Source: Ignisphaera sp. (lineage in GTDB: Archaea > Thermoproteota > Thermoprotei_A > Sulfolobales > Ignisphaeraceae). Taken from it: 56,138 nucleotides of DNA. The stretch lies in contig JAWBDT010000012.1 in the NCBI GenBank assembly GCA_038821645.1, positions 1 to 56,138 of the forward strand, given 5' to 3'. Below are positions 50,530 through 56,138 of the stretch, in pieces. Below the pieces are notes generated by a model that saw only the letters and a program-made list of their open reading frames with translations, made no database searches and was not told the DNA's origin. Made by a program: the position numbers and the translations under genes. Within the stretch, counting starts at the first letter, position 1; every line of letters begins with the position of its first letter.

Positions 50530-52908
50530 ATGAGTATTCCTTATAGAAATTTTCGGTTAAAGATTGATGAAATTACAACACCCGCAGGAAATATAAAGGG
50601 GCTTGATATCAGTATAGGATATATTATTGAAGAATGGGAAGAACCACCCGGACCTACACCCTTTCCTTCAATAGCGACCTTAAGATTTTGGGATCATAAA
50701 CTATTAAATAGATATAAACCTCTCTATCTTCCATATTGTGATTTGTGTTGCCTCTGTACTTATGGAAGATGTGATCTATCTAGAGATAAGAGGGGATCTT
50801 GTGGATTAAATTTATCTGAACAACAGTCGAGATTAGTAACACTTGTATGTGCTATTGGTGCTTCAACACATGCAAGTCATGCTAGAGAGCTTCTTGAGAA
50901 AATTAAATCTAAATACGGTGATAACATGCCTATTGACTTAGGTGGTGAAGTTTATGTTGAAATGCCTATAACTAGGTTAGTAACAGGTGTTAGGCCTAGA
51001 ACTATTAAAGATCTCGAAATAGTCTTAGATTATATTGAGAGACAGATAGTGCAAACATTAGCAAGTGTTCATACTGGTCAAGAAGGGAGTTGGATTGATT
51101 ATGAATCTAAAGTACTTCATTTAGGAATGCTAGATCATGTTGCTTTAGAAGTTGCTGATGTTATTCAGATAATTTCGTTGGATATGCCTAAAGCTGATCC
51201 TAATGCTCCTCTTGTTGATTTAGGTATAGGCTCAATAGCTATAACGAAGCCTGTAATTTTGGTTATAGGACATAATGTTCTACCTTCAGCAGCTATAGTT
51301 GACTACTTAGAGGCTATGGGTATAAGAGATAAAGTAGAGGTGTGTGGATTATGTTGTACAGCTCATGACATAACTAGATATGAAAAGAGACGTGCAAAAA
51401 TTGTAGGCCCTATATCATGGCAACTGAGGTTTATTAGAACAGGGATACCAGATGTTGTTGTAATTGATGAACAGTGTATATACACGAATATTCTTGAAGA
51501 GATCAAAAAGATAGGTGCTATCCTAATAGCTACAACAGATAAAGCTATGAGAGGTCTTCCTGATAGAACTTATGCTGATCCTGACTCTGTTGTTGATGAA
51601 CTTGTAAATGGAAAAATTCCTGGTGCTGTAATCCTTGATGAAGAGAAGGTAGCTCAAATAGCGGTTAAGACTGCCTTGAAGATAGCTCCTATGAGAGCTA
51701 AGTATAAATGGAGTTTATTGAATGAAAAAGAGATTGTTGAATATGCTAAGAAATGTTCTATGTGTAGAAATTGTGAAAGAAACTGTCCACAGAACCTTCA
51801 AATATCATCAGCTATGGTATTAGCATCCAAGGGAGATATAACAAAATTATCATCTCTATACACTCTATGTCTTGCTTGTAGGAGATGTGAATATGAGTGT
51901 CCCAGAGAAATACCTATTCTGTCACTTATTCTGGCATCAACAAAAGAGATTGCAAATGAAAGATATAGATGTAGAGTTGGTAGAGGACCTATACAAGATA
52001 CAGAAATAAGAGCTGTTGGTAGAGACATTGTTTTAGGTACAATACCAGGTGTTGTAGCTTTTGTTGGATGTGCCAATTGGTCTGAAGGTGCTCAAGATGT
52101 TGCACTAATGGCTAGAGAATTCGCATCTAGAAGATACATTGTTGTTGCCTCTGGTTGTTCAGCAATGGCTATAGCTATGTATAAAAACGATGAAGGTAGA
52201 ACACCATATGAAGAATTTTCAGGTGTTTTTGAGGCTGGAGGTATTGTTAATGTTGGTTCATGTGTAGCAAATTCCCACATAGCTGGAGCGGTCATAAAGA
52301 TTGCCAACATATTTGCGAAATTGCCCTTACGAGCAAACTATATTGAAATAGCTGACTATATACTGAATAGAGTTGGTGCAGTGGGCATTGCATGGGGTGC
52401 TATGAGCCAAAAAGCGGCTGCTATAGCGGCAGGATTTTGGCGTCTAGGTGTACCCGTAATTGTGGGACCTCATGGATTAAAATACCGAAGAATGCTTTTA
52501 GGTGATGATAATGAAGATAGTTGGTATGTCTATGATGCTATCACTGGTGAGAAAGTCTATGGAGGACCAGCACCACAACATCTATTCTATGCAGCTGAAA
52601 CATTTGAGGAAGCCATGATAATGGTACCTAAACTATGCATAAGGCCTGCCGACACTCCACAAGGTAGGGCTATAAAGTTGACTAATTATATATCTCTATA
52701 CAAACAATTCTATGGAGTTAATAAGCTACCAAAAGACATACACATGTTCATAAGAACAGAGGCCGATATACCTATAACCTATAGAGATGAAGTATTGACA
52801 TATCTTAAAGAAGTTGGTTGGAAAGAAAAACCTGTTACTGCAAATCCGACACTTGTTGAAGATATTATAGAGAAGTATAGATTAAGAAAGGAAGGCGCAA
52901 AACTATAG
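50530..52908 (+). CDS. cdhA: CO dehydrogenase/acetyl-CoA synthase alpha subunit
   Basis: GPTPFP, CDLCCLCTYGRC, GHN, GLCCTA, DEQC, two 4Fe-4S motifs, GCANW, SGC, GSCVAN. Confidence 0.97.
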   Translation: MSIPYRNFRLKIDEITTPAGNIKGLDISIGYIIEEWEEPPGPTPFPSIATLRFWDHKLLNRYKPLYLPYCDLCCLCTYGRCDLSRDKRGSCGLNLSEQQSRLVTLVCAIGASTHASHARELLEKIKSKYGDNMPIDLGGEVYVEMPITRLVTGVRPRTIKDLEIVLDYIERQIVQTLASVHTGQEGSWIDYESKVLHLGMLDHVALEVADVIQIISLDMPKADPNAPLVDLGIGSIAITKPVILVIGHNVLPSAAIVDYLEAMGIRDKVEVCGLCCTAHDITRYEKRRAKIVGPISWQLRFIRTGIPDVVVIDEQCIYTNILEEIKKIGAILIATTDKAMRGLPDRTYADPDSVVDELVNGKIPGAVILDEEKVAQIAVKTALKIAPMRAKYKWSLLNEKEIVEYAKKCSMCRNCERNCPQNLQISSAMVLASKGDITKLSSLYTLCLACRRCEYECPREIPILSLILASTKEIANERYRCRVGRGPIQDTEIRAVGRDIVLGTIPGVVAFVGCANWSEGAQDVALMAREFASRRYIVVASGCSAMAIAMYKNDEGRTPYEEFSGVFEAGGIVNVGSCVANSHIAGAVIKIANIFAKLPLRANYIEIADYILNRVGAVGIAWGAMSQKAAAIAAGFWRLGVPVIVGPHGLKYRRMLLGDDNEDSWYVYDAITGEKVYGGPAPQHLFYAAETFEEAMIMVPKLCIRPADTPQGRAIKLTNYISLYKQFYGVNKLPKDIHMFIRTEADIPITYRDEVLTYLKEVGWKEKPVTANPTLVEDIIEKYRLRKEGAKL

Positions 52909-52917
52909 GTGGGGCTT

Positions 52918-53454
52918 ATGGCTCTTGAGTATTGGTTGAAAGGAGATATACCTCCAGGACCCATAAGAGCTACTGTTCTTACAGACATTGGCAAGGTTGT
53001 CGATATTATTAAGAGGTCTAGACATTCTGCAGTTATGTTTATTGGATCAAATATAAGAACCATTGAGAAAATACTTAATGCGGATATCGTTAAAATAATA
53101 ACAGAAACATCAAAAATTACTGGTATTCCAATAATAACATCAGATGCCTTAGTTGTCCGTAGACTTGATGAAGCAGGTTTTACTAACTATAAAATAGCGT
53201 TTCCTCTAGAATTAGTACAAAAGTTGTCTCGAAGAGAATTTAATTATCAATTAGTTGTATTGATTGGAACTAGATACACATATGGATGGTTATTACTCAA
53301 CCATCTGAAACATTATAGAGCAGATATACAAACACTATCCATTGATCCATATGCTCAACCAAATGCTACATGGACCCTGCCATCATTACCGCTTCAACTA
53401 TGGTTTAAGAACTTGTTGCAGATGATAGAAATACTTAGATCTTCAACAACGTAG
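52918..53454 (+). CDS. cdhB: CO dehydrogenase/ACS epsilon subunit
   Basis: Between cdhA and cdhC; SIDPYAQPNATWT; ATG at 52918 follows an AGGTGG RBS. Confidence 0.88.
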   Translation: MALEYWLKGDIPPGPIRATVLTDIGKVVDIIKRSRHSAVMFIGSNIRTIEKILNADIVKIITETSKITGIPIITSDALVVRRLDEAGFTNYKIAFPLELVQKLSRREFNYQLVVLIGTRYTYGWLLLNHLKHYRADIQTLSIDPYAQPNATWTLPSLPLQLWFKNLLQMIEILRSSTT

Positions 53455-53484
53455 ATTTTACATAACTATATGTAGGTAACAACA

Positions 53485-55095
53485 ATGAATATTGAAATTC
53501 GTGAATTAAAAATTATTGATAGAATAGAATTGCCAAAAGATGTACCAATAAAGTTATATAGAGTTCCTCCACCGCCACCAAAAGGTGTATTCACAGACAT
53601 TCCTGTCGATGTAGGTCCTCAGTATGAGGGTCAGAGAGTTAGGGCAAATGATATGTACGTAGAACTTGGAGGTCCTAAAGTTCCACATAAGTTTGAGTTA
53701 TTTCTTGTTAGAAAGATTGATGAAATAAATGATGGAGAAATAGTCATTATGGGTCCTGATCTAAACGAAATGGTTGAAGGAGGAAGGTATCCTTATGCTG
53801 TTATAATAGAGGCATCGGGTAAAGGACTTGAGCCAGAGGGGGAAGGAGTTCTAGAGAGACGTATACATGAATTTAGCAATTATATACAGGGATACATGCA
53901 CTTAAATCAAAGATATGATATTTGGCTTAGGGTTAGCAAGAAATCTTACCAAAAAGGATTGAACTCTTTTAGATACATAGGTACGACTCTCTATAGATTA
54001 TTTAAATCAGCATTCCCTATAATAGATAAAATGAGGTTAATATTTGTAACTGATGCCAAGGTTGTTGAATTACTTCATCCACAAGCGCTTAAAGTATATG
54101 AAGAGAGAGATAGAAGAGCTCTTGGACTAAAAGATGAAGATGTGGATACGTTTTATGCCTGTAAATTATGTCAATCTTTTGCACCAACACATGCATGCAT
54201 AATTACACCTGAAAGACCATCAGCTTGTGGAGCTATCTCATGGCTAGATGCTAGAGTTGCTGCTCAAATAGATCCTAAAGGACCTATTCAACCTGTTGCC
54301 AAAGGTAAGTTACTAGATCCTATCGCTGGTGAGTATGAAGGTGTAAATGAAGCTATAAAGAAGTTATCAAATGGCACCATACAAAGAATCCGACTCTACT
54401 CTCTATTTGAGGCGCCACCTACAATCTGTGGATGTTTCGAAATAGCTACATTCTATATTCCAGAACTAGATGCGGTGGGGCTTGTACATAGAGGTTTTAA
54501 TGGTGTAACACCTATCGGTTTAAGGTTCAACCAGATAGCTGATGCTGTTGGTGGTGGTAAGCAGGTACCTGGTTTCCAAGGCATAGGCATGCTCTATCTA
54601 AAGAGTAAGAAGCTGTTTCAAGCTGATGGCGGATGGACAAGAATAGTTTGGATGCCTCTAGAACTAAAAGAAAAAGTTTTAGATGCTATACCCATAGAGC
54701 TCAGAGATAAGATAGCAACAGAAAAAGATGCTAATAGCATTGATGAACTAAAGAAATTCTTGCTGGAGAAAGCCCATCCAATAATGAAGAAGATAATTAA
54801 AACCGAAGAAAAGAAAATTGAAGAAGTTCCTAAAAAGATTGAGGAAAAAGTAGAAACAAAGGTAGCAGAACATGGTGTTACATCGGTTACTTTACCCCAA
54901 CCTCAGGTAGTTGCTCCAGCTACATCAACAGTACAGACAATAACTGTACCTGCACCAGGAGGTATAACGGTTTCAGTCACAATACCTATGTCCTCGGTAG
55001 AATCTAAAGGACCAAAAATGACTGTTAACCTTAGAGGTGTACGAATTAGAATTGAAAAAGTTGTTATAAAGAGGGAGGGAGTGGAACACAAATGA
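53485..55095 (+). CDS. cdhC: acetyl-CoA synthase beta subunit
   Basis: GPQYEG, EGVLERRIH, HLNQR, CKLCQSFAP, PERPSACG, TICGCFE. Confidence 0.96.
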   Translation: MNIEIRELKIIDRIELPKDVPIKLYRVPPPPPKGVFTDIPVDVGPQYEGQRVRANDMYVELGGPKVPHKFELFLVRKIDEINDGEIVIMGPDLNEMVEGGRYPYAVIIEASGKGLEPEGEGVLERRIHEFSNYIQGYMHLNQRYDIWLRVSKKSYQKGLNSFRYIGTTLYRLFKSAFPIIDKMRLIFVTDAKVVELLHPQALKVYEERDRRALGLKDEDVDTFYACKLCQSFAPTHACIITPERPSACGAISWLDARVAAQIDPKGPIQPVAKGKLLDPIAGEYEGVNEAIKKLSNGTIQRIRLYSLFEAPPTICGCFEIATFYIPELDAVGLVHRGFNGVTPIGLRFNQIADAVGGGKQVPGFQGIGMLYLKSKKLFQADGGWTRIVWMPLELKEKVLDAIPIELRDKIATEKDANSIDELKKFLLEKAHPIMKKIIKTEEKKIEEVPKKIEEKVETKVAEHGVTSVTLPQPQVVAPATSTVQTITVPAPGGITVSVTIPMSSVESKGPKMTVNLRGVRIRIEKVVIKREGVEHK

Positions 55096-56138
55096 GTAAC
55101 AATACAAAGATATCTAAGAACGAGGATAATGATAAAGTTAGAAATCAGGCAGAAATCATAGGTTTATTAACAAAAATTGTAGAGGCACTTGAGAAAGGAA
55201 TTGTGGAACTCTACAATGTTGAGCTACAATTTGATGAAATTACACTTCAAATACCAGAAACATCACTAAAGACACTCCCAATACCTATAGCACTTATACC
55301 TCAGAAGGTATTAGAATCATCCAAACCAGAGGTACAAGGTGCTGTTGCTGTAGCTAAGGTTACTGAAACCATTGGTAGAAAAATTCTTGAGATAGTACGT
55401 GTTCCTTTTGAAGAGCCTAAACCAAAATTCAGTGGAAAAGTTTTAGAAGTGAAGATAGGTGCCACAAAAAATGAAGGAGGTACTAGAGATAATGTTATAG
55501 TTCTAGGTGGTCATGAAGTACCTCCTTACTTCTATTTACGAGGATATAAACCTCCACATATGTCGGCTTTTGGTGGAGACATATTTGATATGAGGATAAG
55601 TTTACCTAAAGCTGTTAAGCAAGTATTTGGTGACACTCTTGACAATCCTATGGAATGGGCTAGGGTATGGGTAAAGAAATTTGGTGCTGAAGCAATAGAT
55701 GTACACCTAATTAGTACAGATCCTACAGTAAAGGATGTATCTCCAGAGATTAGTGCAAAGGTTTTAGAAGAGATTCTTCAAACAGTTAAGGTGCCTATTG
55801 TTGTTGGTGGAAGTGGCAATCCTGAGAAAGACATCATGGTTTTCAATAAAATAGTTGAAATATTTCCTAACGAGGGCTTGGTTTTAAATAGTCTAAATCT
55901 CGACATGGATCTAGAAAAAGTATGCCCAAATATAGCTAAAACAAATGCTGTAGTGATAAATTTCTCACCGATGAGTGTTGAAAAAGCTGAAGAAATAAAC
56001 AGAAAAGTTTATACATGGATTCCAAGAAACAGAATAATTCTTGATCTTAATATAGGTGGTATAGGTTATGGTACAGAGTATGGATTCACAACAATGGAAA
56101 GAGCTCGCCTAGCTGCACTTATAGGTAACGAACTTCTG
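55092..56138 (+). CDS. cdhD: corrinoid Fe-S protein small (delta) subunit, truncated by the window edge
   Basis: ATGA overlap with cdhC; VKIGATKNEGGTR, LGG, GGSGNPEKD, GYGTEY..TMERARLAAL. Confidence 0.92.
   Translation, partial: MSNNTKISKNEDNDKVRNQAEIIGLLTKIVEALEKGIVELYNVELQFDEITLQIPETSLKTLPIPIALIPQKVLESSKPEVQGAVAVAKVTETIGRKILEIVRVPFEEPKPKFSGKVLEVKIGATKNEGGTRDNVIVLGGHEVPPYFYLRGYKPPHMSAFGGDIFDMRISLPKAVKQVFGDTLDNPMEWARVWVKKFGAEAIDVHLISTDPTVKDVSPEISAKVLEEILQTVKVPIVVGGSGNPEKDIMVFNKIVEIFPNEGLVLNSLNLDMDLEKVCPNIAKTNAVVINFSPMSVEKAEEINRKVYTWIPRNRIILDLNIGGIGYGTEYGFTTMERARLAALIGNELL

Noticed and set aside
52906-52920. cdhA TAG immediately followed in frame by cdhB (possible amber readthrough or pyrrolysine fusion)
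   Set aside because: AGGTGG across the stop is a good RBS for ATG 52918, both subunits are normal length, and no pyl genes are seen

Overview
AT-rich archaeal chromosomal window; GGTG-type ribosome-binding sites, BHB-intron tRNAs, dph5 and C/D sRNAs suggest a hyperthermophilic Thermoproteota, possibly Desulfurococcales/Ignisphaera-like (inference, not verified). The first ~17 kb is housekeeping: HD hydrolase, dph5, a geranylgeranyl-reductase-like gene, hycI-hypB-hypA, dephospho-CoA kinase, ileS, four tRNAs (three with introns, tRNA-Pro with two), a TadC/pilin pair without its ATPase, and two box C/D sRNAs. The remaining ~39 kb is one energy and C1-metabolism region. It holds an Mrp-antiporter-linked group 4 [NiFe] hydrogenase with a GltD-like NAD(P)H module, then the H4MPT/methanofuran branch (NAD(P)-type mtd, ftr, fused fwdDB, fwdA, fwdC, mch, fdhD). 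After that come a corrinoid protein + URO-D-fold methyltransferase + MFS cassette resembling aromatic O-demethylase systems, methanofuran/pterin biosynthesis genes (mfnB/D/E/F plus unassigned enzymes), and cooT-cooC-cdhABCD, which runs off the window edge. Main highlights: a Wood-Ljungdahl-type, possibly methoxydotrophic and H2-linked system apparently using NAD(P) instead of F420; a C/D sRNA whose two guides match the two ends of 16S rRNA; a 23-bp tandem duplication that frameshifts the MFS gene; and a double-intron tRNA-Pro overlapped antisense by a CDS. No CRISPR array, integrase or transposase was seen.
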